A stretch of 61,327 nt of DNA from an uncultured Gammaproteobacteria bacterium (GTDB taxonomy: Bacteria > Patescibacteriota > Patescibacteriia > UBA9934 > GWF2-40-263). Both the position numbers and the translations under genes were made by a program. The stretch covers positions 112,982-174,308 of the forward strand of contig CAYNRK010000002.1 of NCBI GenBank assembly GCA_964399675.1, read 5' to 3'. A model generated the notes under the pieces. The model saw only the letters and a program-made list of their open reading frames with translations, was not told the origin of the DNA and searched no databases. Shown here piece by piece: positions 37,206 through 46,375 of the stretch (its first letter is position 1; each line of letters opens with the position of its first letter).

Positions 37206-37586
37206 CTAAATAAATGGCACTGTTCCGATTTGATAAATGAAAGCGAAAAAGAAAAGTGGAAGCGCGATTATATACAGGATCAAAAAGAAGACGTTGATGA
37301 TTGCCCAAACAAGCACACCAAAACCCCGAGCAACAATCATGACTAGTCGAATAAAAAAACTAATAGCTCGCCCGGCAAAACCTGTTTCTCCATACATTGG
37401 AACAAACAAATTTTTCACCCAAACGTTCAGTCCAAAAATCTGCGATGCTGAACGAATTGATTTAACAAGATAAGCCACTGCGCGCTTGAGTCCTTTTGTG
37501 TACCACCAAAACGGAAACAAAAGTAATTCACGAAAAAAATCCGTGATTACATATTGCATCACAAGTGACGGCACTGCTTTTGCCAT
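37206..37586 (-). CDS. Small membrane protein co-transcribed with the Clp ATPase
   Basis: FPFWWYTKG, NLFVPMYG; stop 1 nt from the Clp start. Confidence 0.75.
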   Translation of the reverse strand: MAKAVPSLVMQYVITDFFRELLLFPFWWYTKGLKRAVAYLVKSIRSASQIFGLNVWVKNLFVPMYGETGFAGRAISFFIRLVMIVARGFGVLVWAIINVFFLILYIIALPLFFFAFIYQIGTVPFI

Positions 37587-37779
37587 GTATGTATTTTAGC
37601 TGAAAACGCACGTCCACGAAAGCACGTTTTCCACCCCACTCGTAACCAGGTTACGATAAAGCCTTTAAAAATGGGGGCTAAACCGCTACCGGGTTACGGT
37701 TTAAAAGAAAAAACCTGGTTGTTCTGCAGAGTTTGATCTGCAATACGTTCCAGGCAGTCGAGAATTTGCACAAACAGCA

Positions 37780-38169
37780 TTAGCCGTCTGGGCTTGAATG
37801 TGCGCTGTTTTTTGAACGCCTGAGTACAACAACCCAAGCCATCCAAGCGGTTGCGCAGTTTGCGGAAAAGTACAGGATGTCGCTGATTGGGTCTCCCCAT
37901 TTCCCCAATAACGTTGACAAGAAATCGACCACGATCGCCAGCAACCACAAACCGATCGTGAGCAGAAACGCATGAACAGCTCTTTCCATCCAGCGTTGGT
38001 GATATGTGCTTTCCTTTGCGAACCTCAAGAACACTTCCTTAGAAGCAGAAGCCCACTGATGCTGGCACAGATCGAGATGGCCCCTGGCAGAAACACCAGC
38101 AAGAGAAATGTGCATTCCGACATCACGGCTTGCCTCCCTCCAAAAAAAGCAACAAGCCAAATGTCGCAT
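37780..38169 (-). CDS. Small hypothetical membrane protein (GC-rich)
   Basis: Two hydrophobic segments; start uncertain. Confidence 0.5.
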   Translation of the reverse strand: MRHLACCFFWREASRDVGMHISLAGVSARGHLDLCQHQWASASKEVFLRFAKESTYHQRWMERAVHAFLLTIGLWLLAIVVDFLSTLLGKWGDPISDILYFSANCATAWMAWVVVLRRSKNSAHSSPDG

Positions 38170-38288
38170 ACTCTGATTCTCTTAACACCACAACACAAAT
38201 AACAACCGATTCATTTTAAGTGTTAATGGAACTATTTTTAGTTTAACATATTGTGCCAAAAAGCACTTTTAGCAACCTAAATTTCTTA

Positions 38289-38320
38289 GACTATTTTACA
38301 ACGATCGTCGTAAAATAGTC
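38289..38320. repeat. CGATCG-centred palindrome (32 bp, 1 mismatch)
   Basis: GACTATTTTACAA-CGATCG-TCGTAAAATAGTC. Confidence 0.85.
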
Positions 38321-38380
38321 CTTTTAAATTTTTTCAAATGTTTTGTTCATAAAAATTTATTACCGAAATACCACCTGGTT

Positions 38381-38413
38381 CTAACCCCTTGTAGCCTCCC
38401 TTGAAAAGGAGGG
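38381..38413. repeat. Family A single unit downstream of tgt
   Basis: CTAACCCCTTGTAGCCTCCCTTGAAAAGGAGGG. Confidence 0.75.
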
Positions 38414-38433
38414 TTTCCTTCAAAATTATGTCA

Positions 38434-39597
38434 CTAAGAAAGTGCGTTACGCAAAGAATGCATGAGATCAAGATAAAAAGCCAAATTGTGGATTGTTGCG
38501 AGTCTTAAAGCCAAAATTTCGTTTACTTGAAAAAGGTGACGTAAATATGCTTTTGATGTTGTTGCGCAAGTGACACATGAACAATGCGGATCAATTGCTG
38601 AATCATCAAAAGCAAATCGTTCGTTTGTGATTCTTGTTTGATTATAAAAATCTAAGCTAACCCCCCTTAATCCCTCCTCAGTGCTAACCCCCCTTAATCC
38701 CCCCTTGAAAAGGGGGGAAAATACTTTGCTTGGATCTTGTTTCCAGGTAAACAAAGTTCCGTGGCGTGCGTTTCGAGTTGGAATAACACAATCAAACATA
38801 TCAACTCCAAATGAAACATACTGAACAATTTCTTCTGGCATACCACCACCCATAAAATACCGAGGTTTGTCTTCCGGTAAATTGTCGCAAGTAAACTTTG
38901 TAAATTTGTAACAGTCTTCGCGCGGTTCACCAACAGACAAGCCGCCAATTGCGTAACCATCAAATCCAATTTCTGTTAATCCTTCTGCTGATCGCTTTCG
39001 CAAATCTTCATGAATTCCGCCTTGGACAATGCCGAAAAGCTTTTGATCATAACCCCCCTTAATCCCCCCTTGAAAAGGGGGGAGATTTTCCTTGCACCTC
39101 TTTGCCCATCTTAGAGATCGCTCCATTGCATCTTCAAATCGATCGTAACTGGATGTTCCTGCAGCAACATCATCAAACTGCATGATCATGTCCGCGCCAA
39201 TTGCAGCTTGCATTTCCATGGATTTCTCAGGAGTGAGTTCGATTCTTGATCCATCAACATGCGACTGAAACAAAACCCCCTCTTCAGTAATCTTATTCAA
39301 CTTTGACAAACTAAAAACCTGATAGCCTCCGCTATCAGTTAAAATCGGTTTATTCCAATTCATGAATTTGTGAAGTCCTCCGTACTTCTTCATTGCATCC
39401 ATTCCAGGTCTTAACAAAAGATGGTAAGTATTTGAAAGCAAAATCTGTGCTCCCAGATCCTCCATGTCTTTTGAAGACATTGTCTTAACCGCACCCTTTG
39501 TTGCGATTGGCATGAAAAACGGCGTTTCAATTTCACCGTGCGCTAGTTTGATTTTCCCTCTTCTTGCTTTTCCAGTAGTTTTTAAAAGCTCAAACAT
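38434..39597 (-). CDS. tgt: tRNA-guanine transglycosylase
   Basis: ETPFFMP, SNTYHL, LTDSGGYQVFS, GIVQGG, GYAIGGLSVGE, DMFDCV, CSCxxC...HN Zn site. Confidence 0.97.
   Translation of the reverse strand: MFELLKTTGKARRGKIKLAHGEIETPFFMPIATKGAVKTMSSKDMEDLGAQILLSNTYHLLLRPGMDAMKKYGGLHKFMNWNKPILTDSGGYQVFSLSKLNKITEEGVLFQSHVDGSRIELTPEKSMEMQAAIGADMIMQFDDVAAGTSSYDRFEDAMERSLRWAKRCKENLPPFQGGIKGGYDQKLFGIVQGGIHEDLRKRSAEGLTEIGFDGYAIGGLSVGEPREDCYKFTKFTCDNLPEDKPRYFMGGGMPEEIVQYVSFGVDMFDCVIPTRNARHGTLFTWKQDPSKVFSPLFKGGLRGVSTEEGLRGVSLDFYNQTRITNERFAFDDSAIDPHCSCVTCATTSKAYLRHLFQVNEILALRLATIHNLAFYLDLMHSLRNALS
38657..38718. repeat. Family A repeat with partial tandem duplication, in frame in tgt (SPLFKGGLRGVSTEEGLRGVS)
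   Basis: CTAACCCCCCTTAATCCC occurs twice, followed by CCCCTTGAAAAGGGGGG. Confidence 0.85.
39050..39084. repeat. Family A repeat in frame in tgt (LPPFQGGIKGG)
   Basis: TAACCCCCCTTAATCCCCCCTTGAAAAGGGGGGAG. Confidence 0.85.
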
Positions 39598-39608
39598 ATC
39601 TTAGACCC

Positions 39609-39767
39609 TGTCATCTCGACCGATCCAATTTTCTTCTTGTCATCCCGAGCGGAGCCCGGCAGCTGCCGGGCGAAGCCGAGGGATCTCGAATATGCGAGAT
39701 TTCTCCGCTCCGGCCCGTCTGACGGGCCTCCGGTCGAAATGACATAATAATACTCGCTCGAGATGAC
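39609..39767. repeat. Family B nested palindromic element
   Basis: Near-identical to the reverse complement of 15983-16144. Confidence 0.9.
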
Positions 39768-39803
39768 AAAAAAATAATTAACTCTTTCAGAATAACATGA
39801 ATA

Positions 39804-40856
39804 TTACTCTTTTAAACCCAACTCATCTAACAATTTCTTTTCCTGGCGGCTTAACTTTTTTGGAGTAACAACATTAACCTGAACCATATGATCTCCTCTT
39901 CCGTGTCGAGTTGGCACACCTTTTCCTTTGAGTTTAAATTGGCTGCCTGATTGAGTTCCGGATGGAATTTTTAAATCAACTGTTCCATCAACTGTTTTGA
40001 TTTCAATAGTATCTCCCAAAGCAGCTTGTGTGAATCCAATATCAGTTTGAGTATACAGATCAGATCCATGACGCTCAAAACCGGGATCGCGTCTTACGTG
40101 CAAACGCACAAACAAGTCCCCTGTTTCACCGGCAAGAATTGCCTCGCCTTCTCCTCGCACTCTTAAAATACTTCCGTCTTCTATGCCAGCGGGGATTTGA
40201 ATGTTTAACTTTTTGTGCTCTTTGTTTACTCCTGCCCCATGACAAGTAGAACACTTCTCTTTTGGAACCTCACCTTGGCCATTACACTCTGCGCATGCGT
40301 GCTTGCGCTGCATTGTTCCAAAAACAGTTCTTTGAGCTGAAACCTGAACACCGGAACCATTACATCCGGTACACGTTTTCAAACCCTTTGCAGGCTCGGC
40401 TCCGTTTCCACTACATCGCTCACAATTTTCAGGTCGTGTAATTTCGAGTTCTCGCTCACCACCAAAAACAGCTTCTTTAAATTCTAAATCAAAATCAACT
40501 TGAATGTCTTGCCCGCGACGTTTTTGTTTACGAGTTCTTCCGCCAAAGCCTCCAAAAATGTCTCCAAAAATGTCGCCCAGATCCTCAAACCCAGCTCCGG
40601 AAAATCCTTCAAAACCTTGCCCTCCTCCAAAACCCTGGAAACCCTCAAAGCCGGCTGAGCCAAATTGATCGTACTGTTTTCGTTTTTTATTATCACTAAG
40701 AACTTGATAAGCTTCATTGATTTCTTTGAACTTTTCTTCATTTCCATCCTTTTTATCCGGATGGTATTTATGTGCAAGTTTACGAAAAGCACGCTTAATC
40801 TCATCAAAAGAAGCGCCTTTGTCTACATCTAAAATTTTGTAATAGTCCTTGGACAT
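39804..40856 (-). CDS. dnaJ: Chaperone DnaJ
   Basis: J domain with HPD, G/F region, four CxxCxGxG repeats. Confidence 0.97.
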   Translation of the reverse strand: MSKDYYKILDVDKGASFDEIKRAFRKLAHKYHPDKKDGNEEKFKEINEAYQVLSDNKKRKQYDQFGSAGFEGFQGFGGGQGFEGFSGAGFEDLGDIFGDIFGGFGGRTRKQKRRGQDIQVDFDLEFKEAVFGGERELEITRPENCERCSGNGAEPAKGLKTCTGCNGSGVQVSAQRTVFGTMQRKHACAECNGQGEVPKEKCSTCHGAGVNKEHKKLNIQIPAGIEDGSILRVRGEGEAILAGETGDLFVRLHVRRDPGFERHGSDLYTQTDIGFTQAALGDTIEIKTVDGTVDLKIPSGTQSGSQFKLKGKGVPTRHGRGDHMVQVNVVTPKKLSRQEKKLLDELGLKE

Positions 40857-40870
40857 AGATTCAGAACAAA

Positions 40871-40899
40871 ATGGTACTTTATCTTGGCCTTTTTTTCAA
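40871..40899 (-). promoter_or_regulatory. dnaJ promoter TTGAAA-N17-TACCAT (no CIRCE)
   Basis: Read directly. Confidence 0.5.
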
Positions 40900-40962
40900 G
40901 TGTTGAATCAAAAAAATCTGTTATACTACTTCATACTGATAAAACATTTTAGAACCTTTTAT

Positions 40963-43900
40963 ATGTCCAAACACATGGGGGTTAAACTTTTAAAAACAAG
41001 CGGCATCTTTTTTGCACTATTTATAGCTCTGTCTGCATCAGTTGCATTTGCTGCAGATGGGCCGCGATTTTCAAATGAAGACATTGACAACATCCTTCAG
41101 GCGCAACAAGAAAACTTTGCAATAGTAAAAAAATGCGATGTTGATTCGTTTGTTCCAATGGACCCTGATGGAAGTATTACAAAAATTGAAGTTCTTGGTT
41201 TGGAAGATGGTTATTGCAAATTAAGAGCCCACACATCAACTGAAAGAGCAGAATATTTATTGCCAGAAGAAGTATACAAAAACATTTCTGATATAGAAGA
41301 TTTGTTTAAAGGAGAATGCTCTGGCGACTGTGGAAATGTGGAAGAAGCAAGTGAAGCACCAGAGCCGGCTGATGAAAGCGAACAATGTGTACGAGATTGT
41401 ATTGTTAGAAATTGTAGCCTTAGCTCGTTGGAGTGCGAAAGGCTGAACAAAGACGCATGTGATATTGAATGTTATGGAGAAGCGCCTTCAACAGAAGACA
41501 TGAGTGAGGAGGAGCTTTGTATTTTAGAGTGTGTTGGTGACGATATAATTTGTTCTGCTGGCGAGGGCGGTGAACAAAATCCTGAATGTGAAGAATGTGC
41601 AAACAAATGTTCGGTACTTTATGAAGGGCCGTGTCTGACTGATGAACAATGGAAGCTAAAAGAAACTGCGTGTTTGGCAAGAGGCACAACATGGTCAGCA
41701 GATGAAGTTAAAGGAGATTCTGGTGAAGGTTATCAATGTGTGGTGAATCTTGATTGTGTAGATCATTCTGATGAATGGGGTGATGATGCTGGCACAGGAC
41801 CCGCTAGTTATGAAAAAGGACATGAGCCAAGTGAGGATCAGGTTTATTGGTGGGATTATGAAGAAGAAGAAGAGGAGGTTGAATTAGAAATCGAAGAGGA
41901 AGTAGAAGTTGATCGAATTGACGACAAGCTAATTCTAAAAACAGATGAAACCGAAATTATTGTTGAAGATCGGTCTGAAGAAATAATTGCTGAGTACTTA
42001 GACAAAAATGAACGTGTAGAAAAAATTGAATTGCTAATGGAAGATGAAAAACCAATATATAAAGTTAAAACCATTGAACAAAAGAAGTTGCTTGGTCTTT
42101 TTTCAATAAACATGAGAATAGACAAAAAAATAGATGCCGAGAATCTGGATCTTATTAAGGAAGAAAAACCTTGGTGGGCGTTTTTAACAAGCGAAGAGCT
42201 TAAAGATCTGCGGCCCACTTTTATTAGTCATGAACCTGATCAACAAAAGGATGAGGCAGATGACCTTGCTGAACCAAGTGGATATGGCAGTGATGTCTAT
42301 ACTGGAAAGGCCACAAATGAAGAAGCGCTGGATACTGAACCTTTGGATTATGAAACTGATTGCAGTCCTCTGCCTGAAATTGGTACACCGGAAAATGCAG
42401 TTCTGCAGGATACAGAACTGGGACAACATGCATATTATAATGAATCAGATTGTGAAGTGATCCAACGTGATAGTTACAAAGAAAAAGTGATTGAACAGGC
42501 AGAGGAATACTACAATGAACTTTCCGGAGTTTATCTTCAAATGAAAAATGTTCTTAAAGAAACTGAGGCAAAAGCAGAGGATGCAAAATCAAAACTTGAT
42601 AGATGCATTGGAACTTCTGTTGGTTCAAGCAATAATCAACCAGGAGAAACCGATATAAATCATATTTCAGGCATTCTCATAAAAATGAGGGAGTTGGCAG
42701 TACAAAGCTCAAGCCCGGACATTGCACAACATTCAACTTATTATTCCTCAGACTATGTAGTCTCAGGCAATCTGAATAACATGTACCACTCTATAAGTTA
42801 CGCTTATATTGATTTGTACAAGTTTGACAAAATTAATCTCACCTTGAATAAATATTTGGATTTTGTTTTTGAAGTATGTGAAAGTGGGGCTTGTCTTTCG
42901 CCAGACATGAAAGAACATATTAAAGAAATGATTGAAGAAGATTTGGCGAGTTTACAAGAATTTGTTGATAATGTTTATCAGGATGCACTTGATTCACTTG
43001 AAGCATATGGAAATCTTCAAAGTCGCGTAAAGGAACTGTCTGAGGGTGAGAGTTGTAGCGATTATCTAAATGAGTACTATTATAATTCTAATGGAAAACG
43101 AAAAGAAGGTGGCGCCACTGAATATAATGATCAGGAGCTGCTCGGGGATGTAACTTTTGATGTTGGTATTGAGGATTCTGAAGATGATTCCGGGGTCGTA
43201 AGGATAACGTCAGAAGATGATTCCTATTTATCAAAAGAAGATAATCGATTTATTGTTGAAAAGGAAGATAAGAGTCATGAGTTTGATGAAGATGTGATTG
43301 CCGAACTGATCGAAGAAAAAGGTGAAGATGTTCGAAGTGTTGAGCTTGGTTTCGAAGATGATGAGCCTGTTTTAAAAATCAACAAAATAGAAAAAAAGAA
43401 CTTGCTTGGATTTATTCCAATAACTCTGGAAGAGACATCTATTATTGATGCTGAAACTTTAGAAGAAACAGACATTGACAAACCTTGGTGGGCGTTTTTG
43501 GCAAGTGAAGAAGATGAAAACGAAGAAGAAGCAAGTGAGGAGGAGGAAGATGAGGTAGCCCCAGGCTTTAGCCTGGGCGAAGAGGAGGAAGAAGATGAAG
43601 GGAATAATTGGTTTAATTCTTTATTACTGCTTTTTTCAAATGAGGATGAGGGAGATATAATTTGCGGAGATAATTTTTGTCATGAAAGTGAATATGAATC
43701 TTGCCCGGCTGACTGCACCACAATATGTGGAGATGGAATGTGCCAGACACAGCTTGGAGAGTCATGGAATAATTGTCCGCAAGATTGCGAGCCTTATGAG
43801 GAAGAAGAGATAAATAGCGTATGCGGAAATGGTGTTTGCGAAATGGGAGAAAATCCTGATGTGTGTGCTCAAGATTGTGGGGCTTGCGGAGATGGGCTTT

Positions 43901-45399
43901 GTGGAAATCATGAAGTAATGGCCGGAGATAATTATTGTCCTCTTGACTGTATTGAACCTTGTGGCAATCAAAAATGCATGGGTGGTGAAACTTATTTAAG
44001 TTGTCCTGTTGATTGCGGAATTTGTGGTGACAGTTTCTGTGGTTTTATGGAGAATGCTCAGAACTGTCCAAACGACTGTAAGGGAACGTGTGGAAATACT
44101 ATTTGTGAAATAATGGAAAACTTAGAATCTTGTCCTGTTGACTGTAAACCACCATGTGGAAACAACGTTTGTGATGGCAGTGAAAATCCTGACAACTGCT
44201 GGGTTGATTGTGGACCATCTGAACTTACATATAAAGAGAATAATTGTGGAAATGGTGTCTGCAATGGAGGTGAAAATCCTGAAAATTGTGCAACAGATTG
44301 TGGTTGGTGTGGAGACGGTACGTGTGGATTCGATGAGCTGGCCTCCCTTCTCTGTCCAAGCGACCATCCAATTTGTTTAAAAGACTTTGGAACTTCTCCG
44401 TGGTGCGCAGTTGGAATTGATTGTGGTTCAGATTGTGGAAATGGAATTTGTAATGTTGGAGAAAATTCCAAGTCATGTCCATTTGATTGTTTAGTTTGTG
44501 GAGATGGTATTTGTGCTCTTACTGAAACCACAGAAAGTTGTGAAAATGATTGTCCGGACGTTCTACTTAGTGGATGTGGAGATGGCGAATGCTTGGGGTT
44601 AGAAGACAGTGCAAACTGCGCTGCTGATTGTGCTTCAGGGTGTGAAGATGGAACATGTTCGAGTAAAGAATCAATACTGAGTTGCTCTGCGGATTGTAAT
44701 TTTTCGTGTGGAGATGGCGTTTGCACTGTAGGTGAAGATTGTGATCAGGATTGTGATTTTAATTGTGGAGATGGAGTTTGTTATGGAGCTGAAACTGTAA
44801 ACAGTTGTCCAGACGATTGCTCAATGTATCAACAAAAAGAAATAACTTATGCTGCAGATGGAGAATTTTGTGGTGATGCAGAATGTACTCAAAGTGAAAA
44901 CCAAACAAGTTGTGCATTAGATTGTGAATTTACGTGTGGAGATGGAGTTTGTAGTATTGGTGAAAGTAATGCGTCCTGTAATGCTGATTGCGATCCCTCC
45001 TGTGGGAATGCGCAGTGTGAAGTGGGCGAAGGCAAGGATGTTTGTCCAAAGGATTGCGGATGGTGTGGTGATGGTTTCTGTAGCGAAAATGAAAGCCTTG
45101 AAATTTGTCCACAAGATTGTGATGCATGTGGAAATTGGATCTGCGATTATTTTGAAGATGAAACTTCCTGTTCAGTAGATTGTAAGGTTGAACCAATAAC
45201 AACAAATCCAATGTGCGGCTTTGCAGAGTGCGGGGATGGTCAAGGTTTTTGTGTAAAGAGTTGTGGACTTTGTGGCGACTGGGTATGTGCACCAAGTGAA
45301 AAAGGAGTTTGTGATCTGGATTGTTCTTCTGCGTGTGGAAATGAAATCTGCGAAGCAGACGAGTCAACAGAAAACTGTCCATCTGATTGTTCTTCTTAA
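40963..45399 (+). CDS. Large secreted/surface acidic protein with ~24 Cys-rich CG(D/N)GxC..C..DC repeats and two KPWWAFL-type domains
   Basis: Signal-peptide-like N-terminus (FFALFIALSASVAFA); repeats counted by hand from 43663; start moved to ATG 40963. Confidence 0.85.
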   Translation: MSKHMGVKLLKTSGIFFALFIALSASVAFAADGPRFSNEDIDNILQAQQENFAIVKKCDVDSFVPMDPDGSITKIEVLGLEDGYCKLRAHTSTERAEYLLPEEVYKNISDIEDLFKGECSGDCGNVEEASEAPEPADESEQCVRDCIVRNCSLSSLECERLNKDACDIECYGEAPSTEDMSEEELCILECVGDDIICSAGEGGEQNPECEECANKCSVLYEGPCLTDEQWKLKETACLARGTTWSADEVKGDSGEGYQCVVNLDCVDHSDEWGDDAGTGPASYEKGHEPSEDQVYWWDYEEEEEEVELEIEEEVEVDRIDDKLILKTDETEIIVEDRSEEIIAEYLDKNERVEKIELLMEDEKPIYKVKTIEQKKLLGLFSINMRIDKKIDAENLDLIKEEKPWWAFLTSEELKDLRPTFISHEPDQQKDEADDLAEPSGYGSDVYTGKATNEEALDTEPLDYETDCSPLPEIGTPENAVLQDTELGQHAYYNESDCEVIQRDSYKEKVIEQAEEYYNELSGVYLQMKNVLKETEAKAEDAKSKLDRCIGTSVGSSNNQPGETDINHISGILIKMRELAVQSSSPDIAQHSTYYSSDYVVSGNLNNMYHSISYAYIDLYKFDKINLTLNKYLDFVFEVCESGACLSPDMKEHIKEMIEEDLASLQEFVDNVYQDALDSLEAYGNLQSRVKELSEGESCSDYLNEYYYNSNGKRKEGGATEYNDQELLGDVTFDVGIEDSEDDSGVVRITSEDDSYLSKEDNRFIVEKEDKSHEFDEDVIAELIEEKGEDVRSVELGFEDDEPVLKINKIEKKNLLGFIPITLEETSIIDAETLEETDIDKPWWAFLASEEDENEEEASEEEEDEVAPGFSLGEEEEEDEGNNWFNSLLLLFSNEDEGDIICGDNFCHESEYESCPADCTTICGDGMCQTQLGESWNNCPQDCEPYEEEEINSVCGNGVCEMGENPDVCAQDCGACGDGLCGNHEVMAGDNYCPLDCIEPCGNQKCMGGETYLSCPVDCGICGDSFCGFMENAQNCPNDCKGTCGNTICEIMENLESCPVDCKPPCGNNVCDGSENPDNCWVDCGPSELTYKENNCGNGVCNGGENPENCATDCGWCGDGTCGFDELASLLCPSDHPICLKDFGTSPWCAVGIDCGSDCGNGICNVGENSKSCPFDCLVCGDGICALTETTESCENDCPDVLLSGCGDGECLGLEDSANCAADCASGCEDGTCSSKESILSCSADCNFSCGDGVCTVGEDCDQDCDFNCGDGVCYGAETVNSCPDDCSMYQQKEITYAADGEFCGDAECTQSENQTSCALDCEFTCGDGVCSIGESNASCNADCDPSCGNAQCEVGEGKDVCPKDCGWCGDGFCSENESLEICPQDCDACGNWICDYFEDETSCSVDCKVEPITTNPMCGFAECGDGQGFCVKSCGLCGDWVCAPSEKGVCDLDCSSACGNEICEADESTENCPSDCSS

Positions 45400-45410
45400 T
45401 AAAAATAGAT

Positions 45411-45854
45411 GTGAAAAACAAACCAAACTTAAAAAGAACTTTTTATTCTTTAATAATAATATTCATTTTAATATTGGCTTTTTTCCTACTTCCTGACATA
45501 TCAATAATTGAAAACATCCAACGCAAACTTTTCCTTTTGGCTGCAGTATTGGGATTAATATTCCTCATTCAAGGCACCAGACTTGCATTCATTGCCAGAA
45601 AAGAAAAAGGGTTGTTAAAAATATTTTTAATGTTAACTGGAATTGCAGCACTGGCCCCTTTACCTTTTTCAATACTACACAACGCATTCTATGCCCTGGC
45701 TATAGTTTTTGAAAACTTTGAATTTTTATTTGAAGTGTTGCATGTAGCCTCTTTTATTATAGCTTTAGCTGTGGCGCCGATAACATTTATTGTTGGTGTA
45801 ATAGGAAGCTTAATAATTTTTCATAAAAATAAAAAAGAGGTGGCTACAAGTTAA
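45411..45854 (+). CDS. Small multi-pass membrane protein
   Basis: About 4 hydrophobic helices; probable GTG start. Confidence 0.7.
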   Translation: MKNKPNLKRTFYSLIIIFILILAFFLLPDISIIENIQRKLFLLAAVLGLIFLIQGTRLAFIARKEKGLLKIFLMLTGIAALAPLPFSILHNAFYALAIVFENFEFLFEVLHVASFIIALAVAPITFIVGVIGSLIIFHKNKKEVATS

Positions 45855-45891
45855 ACTCGTTACTTAGCGAACCTGATCCCTCTTTCAAACC

Positions 45892-45986
45892 AAAAATACT
45901 TATAAAATACTTCTCGATCGAGAAGTATTTTATAAGTATTTTTTTCTAAAGCAAAACAAGCCTACTCGGCTTGTTTTGCTATTGTT
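45892..45986. repeat. Module: perfect 52-bp CGATCG palindrome plus AGCAAAACAAGCC hairpin (copy 1)
   Basis: AAAAATACTTATAAAATACTTCT-CGATCG-AGAAGTATTTTATAAGTATTTTT, then AGCAAAACAAGCC-TACTC-GGCTTGTTTTGCT. Confidence 0.9.
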
Positions 45987-46046
45987 ATATTGGACATAGA
46001 AAGAAAGGACGCCCGTTGGCTGAAAAACCAAACGGGCGCAGATGCG

Positions 46047-46313
46047 TAGTGGAGCGACCCGGAGTCGAACCGGCGCCTCCCTTCCAGAAACCCAGCAACA
46101 GCTCTTCCCAACAGGGTTGAGACTTTTCAGTGTGACGGTGAGTCTTTCACCCCTCCGTCCTCCTCCCGCGCCTACCACTACTCGCGGTACTGGTTCAACA
46201 CGGACGCTCTCTGCCTGAGCTAATCCACACTTACTTTAGTGTCAGCCGCTCCTCGACTGATCTATTGCCTTCGTTCCAGAGGACGCTCTTCCCAATGTTG
46301 AGCTTGTCGCCCC
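46047..46313 (-). ncRNA. 267-nt tRNA-like RNA with Ala-type acceptor and an extended anticodon-arm domain (tmRNA-like or intron-containing tRNA; unresolved)
   Basis: 5' GGGGCGA pairs with 3' TCGCTCC-A (G3:U70); GCTC/GAGC D-stem; GGTTCGACTCC T-arm; long-range helices CCTCT/GGAGG, GGAAC/GTTTC, GGCAATAG/CTGTTGCT. Confidence 0.6.
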
Positions 46314-46327
46314 TAACTGCAGATCGA

Positions 46328-46356
46328 AGATTACTTCACCTAAGTGTCCATGTCAA
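46328..46356 (-). promoter_or_regulatory. Promoter TTGACA-N17-TAATCT of the tRNA-like RNA
   Basis: -10 element 14 nt upstream of GGGGCGA. Confidence 0.65.
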
Positions 46357-46375
46357 GTTTGTTTTAAAAACCAAA

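Noticed and set aside
44058-44726. 222-aa minus-strand Pro/Gln/Ser-rich ORF
   Set aside because: Antisense reading of the Cys-repeat region.
45930-46178. 82-aa ORF across the tRNA-like RNA
   Set aside because: No RBS or family motif; better explained by the RNA structure.
46047-46313. RNase P RNA or SRP RNA identity for this and the other GC-rich intergenic segments
   Set aside because: The universal motifs (GAGGAAAGUCC / ACAGAA..CGGCUUA; CAGG..GNRA..AGCAG) were not found on either strand by eye.
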